From positions 86,818 to 102,445 of IMG/VR virus record IMGVR_UViG_3300013126_000015: 15,628 nucleotides of DNA; one strand, written 5' to 3'. The DNA comes from a virus. Taxonomy: Duplodnaviria > Heunggongvirae > Uroviricota > Caudoviricetes. Below are positions 7,549 to 14,821 of this stretch, in pieces. A model generated the notes under the pieces. It made no database searches. It had not been told where the DNA came from and saw nothing but the letters and a program-made list of their open reading frames with translations. The position numbers and the translations under genes were made by a program. How positions within the stretch are numbered: the first letter of the stretch is position 1; the number at the start of each line of letters is the position of its first letter.

Positions 7549-7990
7549 CGTCCAATCCAGCAACTCGTAATTTAGTAATATTAGTTACTTGCCACTGTTT
7601 AATATCTAATCCTTTTATTATACCGGTATATAAATTACGAATTTTAGAAACTTCGCCTATTAATAAATCCATATCAGCAATGGAAGCTTCCCCTTTGACA
7701 AATTTTTCAATCTCAGATGATTTTAATACTTTTTGATATGTTAACAAGTATTTTTCGTATTCGACTTTATAAATCTTATTACGTTCTATATTTAAATAAT
7801 GCAAAATAGCATCGATGTCCTGTAACTGTGAAAAACGATGTTCAACAATTCCAGGTAACGCTTGAGATATTTTCTCAAGCGTACCTTTGATTTCACATTC
7901 AGTCTTTGCATTTTGGTATTCTGCATAGTAATAAGATACTGCATCCGGTATTTTGGAATCATCTCTAACTACAATAGAATACCAATTCAT
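7532..7990 (-). CDS. uvsY: UvsY-like recombination mediator protein
   Basis: 152-aa helical protein with LPGIVEHRFSQLQDIDAIL and KGLDIKQWQVTNITKLRVAG; located downstream of uvsX/ssb; TAATG overlap with upstream ORF. Confidence 0.75.
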   Translation of the reverse strand: MNWYSIVVRDDSKIPDAVSYYYAEYQNAKTECEIKGTLEKISQALPGIVEHRFSQLQDIDAILHYLNIERNKIYKVEYEKYLLTYQKVLKSSEIEKFVKGEASIADMDLLIGEVSKIRNLYTGIIKGLDIKQWQVTNITKLRVAGLDDAQLS

Positions 7991-8217
7991 TACTCATCAT
8001 CCCATTCATCATCTTCAACAGATTCTTCATCACCAAGATAATAATGGATAGCCTCATCTAAGGTATCATCATATCCTAAAGAAGAATCCAATAATTTATC
8101 TCTGACACCATGATCAGCTAATAATTCTATATATCTTTCAGCAACGGTGTCAATTAATTTCCTATCTAAATATTCTTTAAAAAACAACCATATGTCTGCA
8201 ATTTGATTTTCATTCAT
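7990..8217 (-). CDS. Small acidic hypothetical protein (75 aa)
   Basis: AAGGA SD; coupled to uvsY; acidic tail DEESVEDDEWDDE. Confidence 0.8.
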   Translation of the reverse strand: MNENQIADIWLFFKEYLDRKLIDTVAERYIELLADHGVRDKLLDSSLGYDDTLDEAIHYYLGDEESVEDDEWDDE

Positions 8218-8226
8218 ATTTTTTCC

Positions 8227-9108
8227 TTAATTTTCTTGTGTTGATAACTCAAAAAACCACCCATTGTATGATTTATTAGTATTTACATATCTAGCGATCA
8301 CATACTTTGGTATGTTATTTTCTAAGCAAAATTGTTTTACAGTAGTCTGTAATTGAAATTTAATCCCAGCTGGTGTAGTAATCTGATATGGTCTTGTGTT
8401 TATTTTATTTCCGTTCATCTTGACAATCATATTATTGATCGTGTCATCAGAATGTGTCTTTCCATACATTGGATTATTTTTACCAGCTCTATATTCACCT
8501 TTATTATGCACTGGTCTGCTTGAACCAACATTGCATTCTACATTTATTAATTTCCAATTCTTACTACTACCTCTGTTCGGTATATACCCTTTCTTGTATG
8601 CATCAACAATACCATGGTATGAAATTCCATTAATATCGCAAAATTTTTGTAATCCACCGTGTATCAAATATTCTGTACCATCTGGTGAAATAATTTTCCA
8701 GTGTTTTGATTTATTATTGTCACTCCCATACCTATTAGGCCATTTTTCAGGATTTTCTTTTCTAGCTTTAGATATTCCAATACTAATGCGTTTATTTGCC
8801 TCTAATGAACGTACTGTGGTACGTCCACCTGTGTCCAAGTTTAAACAATTTTCATCGTTTAACAATTCATTGTTAACATATTTTAATTCCAGTTCATTCA
8901 ATTCTTCTCTAGAATATGCATATTCTAGAATCTCGCGTATTATTCCTGCTTTACCATGGATTTTTATATATGCTTTAATTAAAATACCAGATCCTACATA
9001 TGTAGGATCTAATGTAGTTTTGCTAATTATTTTATGTTGTCCTATATAAAACTTACCATTCGGTAATGTTGATTTATAAATAAACCCATATATATTATTC
9101 GATAACAT
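8227..9108 (-). CDS. Free-standing GIY-YIG homing endonuclease (Seg-like) with NUMOD3 motif
   Basis: GFIYKSTLPNGKFYIGQH (GIY-YIG), YVGSG, ELNELE, NPMYGKTHSDDT (NUMOD3); start overlaps the uvsX 3' end by 14 nt. Confidence 0.9.
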   Translation of the reverse strand: MLSNNIYGFIYKSTLPNGKFYIGQHKIISKTTLDPTYVGSGILIKAYIKIHGKAGIIREILEYAYSREELNELELKYVNNELLNDENCLNLDTGGRTTVRSLEANKRISIGISKARKENPEKWPNRYGSDNNKSKHWKIISPDGTEYLIHGGLQKFCDINGISYHGIVDAYKKGYIPNRGSSKNWKLINVECNVGSSRPVHNKGEYRAGKNNPMYGKTHSDDTINNMIVKMNGNKINTRPYQITTPAGIKFQLQTTVKQFCLENNIPKYVIARYVNTNKSYNGWFFELSTQEN

Positions 9109-10156
9109 CTGGTTTATCGATTACTAGTGATTGTTCAATTTGTTCAATTTTTTCAAAATATTCATTCATGATTTTATCATATATATTATCTGCATTAGTA
9201 GCCCATTCTGATTTTGTATATTTATGAATTACACCATCAATATCAATATATGCAAACCTGTTTCCATCCTTTACAATCAACTTATTTTTCTCAAACAAAT
9301 CAAATAATCCACTATACGGGTCTAATCCATGTTCCCATGGGATGTGTAATTCAATTTCTTCAAATGGTTTATTATATCTGGTTTTTGCTACCATACATTT
9401 TGCTCTAATTCCTTTTACATCTGAAACTTTATTTCCTTCTTCATCAAGTTTTAATTTAAATTTTTGCATTGATATAACTATACTAGCAGCATAAATTTGT
9501 CCTTGACCACCGCTAATTACATCATCAGTTGGTATGAATGATTGTGCTGCATAGGTGTGGTTAGTTGCAACCAATCCTACATTGTAGCTACCGAACATAT
9601 TCACACAATTTCTAACTAATGCGGTTAATGCTTTGGGTTTTCTACCCATATCACCTTTTAAATCACCTTTATCAAATTGATCAACGTCAGTTGGTGTCAT
9701 TAACATTCCCAATGAGTCTATTACAAAAAGAACTTTTGGCGCATCATTCAATGACTTATATTCTTTCATGAACTCACTGATTGTTTTGGCAACATCGTCA
9801 ATCATTGCCATATTTAACTTTAACAACTTATCTTCCGTAGTTTGTACCCCCAATGCATTGAGCCATGATTCATCTAAGGCATTTTCGCTATCAATCAACA
9901 CAACAAAAATGCCTTGTTCTTGTGCATTCTTAATTACATTACCGGAGCATATATAACTTTTTCCAGAACCAGTTTGGCCTGCTACAATTGCGACCTTACC
10001 TAATGGTATTCCTTTTTTAAAATCTTTAGAAATCAAGAAATTTAATGCATATGAACCAGTACTGATCCAATCTGTTGGATCATTGAATCCTATACCAAGT
10101 CCTTCGATTGATTTAGTCAACGATTTCCTGAATTTTGAAACATCGAATGGTTTCAT
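9095..10156 (-). CDS. uvsX: UvsX/RecA-family recombinase (353 aa; start re-called to MKPFDV at 10156)
   Basis: Walker A GQTGSGKS, catalytic DSE, Walker B FVIDSLG, ISGGQG; AGGAG SD at 10164-10168, 7 nt from ATG. Confidence 0.93.
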   Translation of the reverse strand: MKPFDVSKFRKSLTKSIEGLGIGFNDPTDWISTGSYALNFLISKDFKKGIPLGKVAIVAGQTGSGKSYICSGNVIKNAQEQGIFVVLIDSENALDESWLNALGVQTTEDKLLKLNMAMIDDVAKTISEFMKEYKSLNDAPKVLFVIDSLGMLMTPTDVDQFDKGDLKGDMGRKPKALTALVRNCVNMFGSYNVGLVATNHTYAAQSFIPTDDVISGGQGQIYAASIVISMQKFKLKLDEEGNKVSDVKGIRAKCMVAKTRYNKPFEEIELHIPWEHGLDPYSGLFDLFEKNKLIVKDGNRFAYIDIDGVIHKYTKSEWATNADNIYDKIMNEYFEKIEQIEQSLVIDKPDVIE

Positions 10157-10176
10157 AGTGTTTCTCCTAATGTAAG

Positions 10177-10209
10177 AATAAAGTGGAAGAATCATTCTTC
10201 CACTTTATT
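10177..10209 (-). terminator. Perfect 15-bp inverted repeat between ssb and uvsX; probable intrinsic terminator/attenuator
   Basis: aataaagtggaagaa-tca-ttcttccactttatt; on the - RNA the stem ends in UUUAUUCUU. Confidence 0.65.
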
Positions 10210-10212
10210 TAG
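10206..10212 (-). promoter_or_regulatory. Late-promoter-like box CTAAATA overlapping the 5' arm of the hairpin
   Basis: tatttag on + strand in the ssb-uvsX gap. Confidence 0.35.
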
Positions 10213-10218
10213 ATGTGA

Positions 10219-11241
10219 TTATTGTTCTCTGTTTCTGATCATATTGATAATGTCATTTGCTCTATTACCACCTGCAGCTACTTTTGGTGTAGCTTGTTGG
10301 GTTGGTTGGGAAGCAAACGGAGAATCATCATCGTCATTAGTTGATGCCGCTACTACCGTTGTTAGTTTCGGTTTTACTGCTTGTTGAACAGTGCGTGATG
10401 GTGCTGATGAAGTTGCATTTTTGACAGCAGATTCTTCATCATTAAAACCAGATGGTTTAAAATGATTACCCCATCTTGCCATATCAAATGGTTGTTCTTC
10501 CATACTTGCATCGAACATTTCTTTAATGATTTCTTGTTCTTCCGCAGTTGGTTTTTTAGGTAAAAAGTCACGTAAGTTAAACAATCCAAATTGATTGATT
10601 GCTTCTACATCTTCATCTGATAATGCACGTGAATGTCTTGACCAAGATGAAGATGCATAATCCGCATATTTACCCTTGGTGGTTTTATTGATCCTAAAAT
10701 CAATACCATTTACATAATCTGCTGGGTCTTCTTTATTCTCTGGATCAAGTATAAAGGTTTTAACCAATTGATGAATCTGTGGTCCAATTATAAATCTTCT
10801 AATTGGATTTTCTGGTTTATCATCTGGTCCTTCTTTTAAACCGTCAACTACAACTAATCCTTGGTAAAGATAACTTCTTTTTTTCCAGTACGTTCTTGCA
10901 GTTTCTTCAAACTCAGTCCCCCAGAATGGGTTTACTGCTGCAATGATTGGATCTGATTCCCCGTACATTTCCATACATGGGATTTTTACTGTGCATGGTT
11001 TGCTACCGATTTCATCCTTGATACCAGGAAATGGTAGGTTGATCATTAATCTTTCTATCCAGATAAAAGGATTTGCTGAATCACTATCTGGTAAAAATCT
11101 AATAGTAGTTGTGGTATTTTCTGGGATATTCCAGAAAGGGTATAACGTTTTGTCTTGATTTGTTCTTGTTACAACACCAGAACGTCTATCTTCTTGTTGT
11201 TGTAATTTTGCTCTCATTTGTTCCATTCTTGATAATGCCAT
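10219..11241 (-). CDS. ssb: gp32-like single-stranded DNA-binding protein
   Basis: YPFWN, TIRFLPD, PCMEMYG, YWKKRSYLYQG, IRRFIIGPQI, GIDFRINKTTKGKYADY motifs; low-complexity linker and C-terminal helix; directly upstream of uvsX. Confidence 0.88.
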   Translation of the reverse strand: MALSRMEQMRAKLQQQEDRRSGVVTRTNQDKTLYPFWNIPENTTTTIRFLPDSDSANPFIWIERLMINLPFPGIKDEIGSKPCTVKIPCMEMYGESDPIIAAVNPFWGTEFEETARTYWKKRSYLYQGLVVVDGLKEGPDDKPENPIRRFIIGPQIHQLVKTFILDPENKEDPADYVNGIDFRINKTTKGKYADYASSSWSRHSRALSDEDVEAINQFGLFNLRDFLPKKPTAEEQEIIKEMFDASMEEQPFDMARWGNHFKPSGFNDEESAVKNATSSAPSRTVQQAVKPKLTTVVAASTNDDDDSPFASQPTQQATPKVAAGGNRANDIINMIRNREQ

Positions 11242-11271
11242 AATTGTTTTCCTATTTTAAATTGCCATAAT
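11236..11271 (-). repeat. 9-nt direct repeat ATTATGGCA in the ssb leader/start (27-nt period)
   Basis: tgccataat at 11236-11244 and 11263-11271; a further GGCA at 11276-11279. Confidence 0.7.
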
Positions 11272-11302
11272 AAAGTGCCGAAATGGTATAAAATACCAAT
11301 AG

Positions 11303-11332
11303 TTTATAAACATGGTAGTTGACTTTTGCCAA
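11303..11332 (-). promoter_or_regulatory. Sigma70-like promoter candidate for the ssb-uvsX operon
   Basis: TTGGCA (11332-11327)-N18-TATAAA (11308-11303). Confidence 0.4.
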
Positions 11333-11340
11333 CCACCATG
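11311..11340 (-). terminator. 13-bp stem/4-nt loop downstream of the 602-aa gene; terminator or operator
   Basis: CAUGGUGGUUGGC-AAAA-GUCAACUACCAUG on - RNA (two G-U pairs that are A-C mismatches on +), followed by UUUAU. Confidence 0.55.
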
Positions 11341-11347
11341 TTATGAT
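11319..11347 (+). promoter_or_regulatory. Sigma70-like promoter candidate with extended -10, antisense to the 602-aa gene/terL
   Basis: TTGACT (11319-11324)-N17-TATGAT (11342-11347) with TG at 11339-11340. Confidence 0.4.
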
Positions 11348-11363
11348 TAATACAAGATTACTC

Positions 11364-13172
11364 TTATATACCTGCTAGTTTTTTAATCTTATCAGATTCG
11401 TGGACATAACGAAGCTCTTTAATAGCTTCGGCTGCCACTTTGGTTGCAGGTTTACCAAATTCTTTTTCTACTGAAAATATAACCCCGGTTTCCCCTTTAG
11501 GGAATGTTCCGGTGTGTCTATCATACATAGATTTAACAAATTCTACGATTTTTTCGCCATGACCTTGATCATCGTTATCCTCGTGAAAATAATCTTCCAC
11601 ATTCAAACCAGACATGATTATAGCGTCTTTTAATGTTAACTGCCCACCATTAAACTTGATTGTGTCAGTTAATTTTACCCCAGCTATTTTAGCTCGTTCT
11701 ACCACTTTTGCAAATCGTTGAACTGATTGCGTTTGCATAGGAGGTTGTGCGGATGTTTCCGGTGATGCTGGTGCAGCTGGTGCTGGTTCGGGTGCTGGTT
11801 CAGCTGGCGCACTAGCATCAGGTATTTCGATTTTATCAGCCATTTCTGGATTGTGCAATCTAATATAATCTACAACCCAACTACGAATATCAGAATCATT
11901 ATCAATTTCATCGTCATTTTTTAAATCATCTAATATTTGAAAAAAATCTTCATCTTTAATTATATTTTTCAAACTTTCAACAGCATTTACGCCATTTGCA
12001 CCAAGTAACAATGGTTCTTGGAACAGTTCATTGATAGCTGCAACTAACGCATCTTCTTGTGACGGATCAGTAAAAATATCATCTTCTTCTTTTACCAAAC
12101 TATCAATATATGATTCATATTCATTCAATGTTTTAACAACAGCATCAATACCATTGGATTCTTCCAATTGTGTTTCTTCTTCAGAAAAATCAGCTGGATT
12201 TAATGTTTCAATTTTAGTATTGTTCATTAATTTGTATATGTACGGGAATGCTGATGTTAAATCTTCATTAAATAATCTAACAGTCAATTTATCAACCCAA
12301 TCATTCATTATTTCTTCTGGTATTTCTTGATATTCATTTTCAACGTATGATTCAGAAAATTGTTGATAAAATGCTTGACCGTGTAATTGACCAATATGTT
12401 TTTTCAATTCATCGATTCGCTCTGTTACTTTTGTTTGGACAGAATTCATTGCTTCAGAAACAACTTCATTTTTTCCGACATACGTTTTAAACATTCTCAA
12501 TTTGGACAATTCTTCACTTAATCCGGTAATATACGTCCCTATATTATCATATGGATTTCCATTATTAGAAACATGTCTTGCCATTGCACGTGCACCATTT
12601 AAGTGTTTAAATGGGTATTTAAAACGTTCTCCTGCTGAATTTTCTACAAATATACTATCAATGCCATGTGCTCTTCCTTGTGGAATTTCACCATTAATTG
12701 GTCTAGAATGTTTCACTACCAGTCTAGCTTCTCCAATATTTTGGTAACTAGTTTTATTAGTACCCCACAATTTACTTTCATTCATTTGTTTCTCCTTACG
12801 ATTTTTTGACAAAAATCCATAATCTTTTTCATCCAAAGATTTTAAAATATCCCTAGCTTCGAAATTCATAAGTCTACGTTTGGCAAATTCCCTCATTCTT
12901 CTAAGAAAATTAAACCACTTTTGTTTTGCTCCATCTAATGCATCATGAACGATGTCATTACTGAACATGACAACTAATCCATCATCATCATCAATCGATA
13001 TGGTAATAGAACCAAGAGATTTACCTTCATTTTGAAATTCAAATTCAAAATATCTGGCTTCTTCTGGTTCATCAATTACTTCTGCATCTTCATTACCTAA
13101 TTTAATAGTTGAGAATTCGGATCTAAGTGTATTAAAAAGTTCTTTTGCTATTTTATTTAAATTTTTATTCAT
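11364..13172 (-). CDS. Acidic 602-aa hypothetical protein, probably virion/head-associated
   Basis: Directly downstream of terL behind a TAAATA box; very acidic, Pro/Ala linker, repeated hydrophobic-x-E-S motifs, C-terminal ESDKIKKLAGI. Function is inference only. Confidence 0.85.
   Translation of the reverse strand: MNKNLNKIAKELFNTLRSEFSTIKLGNEDAEVIDEPEEARYFEFEFQNEGKSLGSITISIDDDDGLVVMFSNDIVHDALDGAKQKWFNFLRRMREFAKRRLMNFEARDILKSLDEKDYGFLSKNRKEKQMNESKLWGTNKTSYQNIGEARLVVKHSRPINGEIPQGRAHGIDSIFVENSAGERFKYPFKHLNGARAMARHVSNNGNPYDNIGTYITGLSEELSKLRMFKTYVGKNEVVSEAMNSVQTKVTERIDELKKHIGQLHGQAFYQQFSESYVENEYQEIPEEIMNDWVDKLTVRLFNEDLTSAFPYIYKLMNNTKIETLNPADFSEEETQLEESNGIDAVVKTLNEYESYIDSLVKEEDDIFTDPSQEDALVAAINELFQEPLLLGANGVNAVESLKNIIKDEDFFQILDDLKNDDEIDNDSDIRSWVVDYIRLHNPEMADKIEIPDASAPAEPAPEPAPAAPASPETSAQPPMQTQSVQRFAKVVERAKIAGVKLTDTIKFNGGQLTLKDAIIMSGLNVEDYFHEDNDDQGHGEKIVEFVKSMYDRHTGTFPKGETGVIFSVEKEFGKPATKVAAEAIKELRYVHESDKIKKLAGI
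11779..11802. repeat. Tandem 12-nt repeat encoding EPAP-EPAP in a Pro/Ala linker
   Basis: ggtgctggttc at 11779-11789 and 11791-11801. Confidence 0.8.
12783..12797 (-). promoter_or_regulatory. Internal in-frame ribosome-binding site (AAGGAG-N6-ATG) at Met130 of the 602-aa gene
   Basis: ctcctt at 12792-12797, cat at 12783-12785, same frame as 13172. Confidence 0.5.
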
Positions 13173-13176
13173 GTTG

Positions 13177-13184
13177 TATTTATC
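13177..13184 (-). promoter_or_regulatory. Late-promoter-like box GATAAATA, 4 nt before the ATG of the 602-aa gene
   Basis: GATAAATA-CAAC-ATG; overlaps the terL TAG; no SD upstream. Confidence 0.5.
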
Positions 13185-14776
13185 TAAAATGAATACTTTG
13201 CCAAGAATATCGGCATAGGAAATTCGAATTCTTCTTCTGCTAAAAAGTGTTCTCTAGCACTAAATGATTCAAATATAGTCGGGTCCCAATCAGCTAAAAC
13301 CTGACTCATCCTAACTAGCAATAATAATGCAGCCACCAAGTCATCCTGCTGTCCCTGCTTGGCTTGGAAACTAACCCCGGTTGCAATATATACCTTTAAT
13401 TCACTAATTAATTGTTTAGAATATATTTTCATTTTTTTAGATTCGATGAGATATTTCAATCTAGCAGCTGCATTAATTTTAGTTTTATGGGTTGTACTAA
13501 ATCCTCTTCGATATTTTCTAACATGTCCTTTTTTCTGAGGTTCACACAGAAACATTCCTGGAAAACGCTCTTCACCTAATTCTTTAATACACACCAATCC
13601 GGCTTCACCAACAGTGTTATTTTCAATACTCCAATATAAACTATTATTGTTTTCATGCCCAAGTTCTTCAATAATATATAATAAAATTTCTCGTAAAATT
13701 CTTATTTGTCCTTGGATGGGTGTCAAATTATGATTCCATTCTGCAACTTGTTCAAATGTTGGTAATTCAAATACTTGAATAGCTGCATTGTTACCACCAG
13801 TTCCTAAACTTGGATCTAATGAAACCAAATATGTTTTGTCTTTCTTGATTTCTCTATACCACCTGGATTGTCCCATGTGTCTCAATGGATTTATACCATT
13901 CATTTCTGAAAGGAATATTGGATTTATTAAAGTTTCTTCAAATGTAATAAACTTGCATTCATGCTCTCGTTCAAATTCGATGTCTGAAAGTTTTGCACGT
14001 TCCTGAAATGCCCACTTATCATCACGTTCTGGATGGCTTCTCCAATCAGCAAAATATGGGTAGAATCCATTTACACCTATTTCTGTTTCATTACCATGTT
14101 CATCAAACTTATTATTTGCTTCTTTCCATAATGTCGCAAATAGATCTTCATCTGTGTTAGGTGTTGACGTAATTATCGCTTTACCACCAGTTGATAATGT
14201 TGGCGATATTGATCTCCACATTGCATCAGTGATATTTGGTAATACATATGCCAACTCGTCCATATATAATAATGATATGGACATACCACGTCCGGTGGTT
14301 TCGGTTGTGGTGGTAGATACTATTCGTGAACCATTATCAAAATCAATAGACCCTTTATTATATGATACAACACCTGCTCTTATAAAATCTGGACATAATT
14401 CATATGCATACCTGATACGCTGCATAATTTCTTGTGACCCAGTAAATTTATGAGCTGCAACTAAAATAGTTTGATCAGGATTGAACATAGCATGCCATAA
14501 CAAATATCCTGCAGCACATGTGGTTTTTCCGCATTGTCGAGCAATCATGTTTATTGACAATCTATGCTTGTGGTATGCGTCCAGTAGTTCTAATTGGAAT
14601 GGAAATGGGTCAAATAATAATTTGCCCTTGGTAGGATGTTGAATATAAAAATAATGAGTTAGAAAGTGTATGTGTCCATTTTCTGGGTCCATACACTTTG
14701 CAAACTCAATTAATTGATGTTCTGAATATTGTTGTCGCGTGTGCGGGGTTTTTACTAAACTTGTATTTGCCGCCAT
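13184..14776 (-). CDS. terL: Terminase large subunit (T4 gp17-like)
   Basis: FPFQ (adenine-binding), Walker A ARQCGKTT, Walker B LLYMDE, coupling ITSTPN, nuclease acidic residues LDPS, IENN, QDDLV; AGGAG SD. Confidence 0.95.
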   Translation of the reverse strand: MAANTSLVKTPHTRQQYSEHQLIEFAKCMDPENGHIHFLTHYFYIQHPTKGKLLFDPFPFQLELLDAYHKHRLSINMIARQCGKTTCAAGYLLWHAMFNPDQTILVAAHKFTGSQEIMQRIRYAYELCPDFIRAGVVSYNKGSIDFDNGSRIVSTTTTETTGRGMSISLLYMDELAYVLPNITDAMWRSISPTLSTGGKAIITSTPNTDEDLFATLWKEANNKFDEHGNETEIGVNGFYPYFADWRSHPERDDKWAFQERAKLSDIEFEREHECKFITFEETLINPIFLSEMNGINPLRHMGQSRWYREIKKDKTYLVSLDPSLGTGGNNAAIQVFELPTFEQVAEWNHNLTPIQGQIRILREILLYIIEELGHENNNSLYWSIENNTVGEAGLVCIKELGEERFPGMFLCEPQKKGHVRKYRRGFSTTHKTKINAAARLKYLIESKKMKIYSKQLISELKVYIATGVSFQAKQGQQDDLVAALLLLVRMSQVLADWDPTIFESFSAREHFLAEEEFEFPMPIFLAKYSF

Positions 14777-14779
14777 AGT

Positions 14780-14813
14780 TGTCTCCTGCTATTGTTTTAT
14801 TTAGCAAGAGACA
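14780..14813 (-). promoter_or_regulatory. 12-bp RNA hairpin sequestering the terL Shine-Dalgarno, containing a CTAAATA late-type box (14798-14804)
   Basis: UGUCUCUUGCUA-AAUAAAACAA-UAGCAGGAGACA on - RNA, one G-U pair; AGGAG at 14787-14783, ATG at 14776. Confidence 0.7.
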
Positions 14814-14821
14814 TGTTCGTG

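Noticed and set aside
8396-9049. 217-aa + strand ORF, long for AT-rich DNA
   Set aside because: Lies wholly antisense to the GIY-YIG gene, has the Leu/Phe/Ile/Ser-rich composition of a mirror frame and no SD.
9141-9158. 9-nt tandem repeat encoding IEQIEQ at the uvsX C-terminus
   Set aside because: Too short; ordinary slippage in a variable tail.
13780-13830. terL nuclease motif LDPSLGTGGNNAA has Asn where T4 gp17 has a second Asp (DY)
   Set aside because: The three main catalytic acidic positions (LDP, IEN, QDD) appear intact, so there is no ground to call it inactive.
3314-14453. Remaining small alternative ORFs (3314, 5453, 9214, 9768, 10374, 10943, 12031, 12502, 13788, 14154)
   Set aside because: All are nested in well-supported genes on the other strand or frame, without independent signals. 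12031 and 12502 lie downstream of the candidate antisense promoter but show no coding features.
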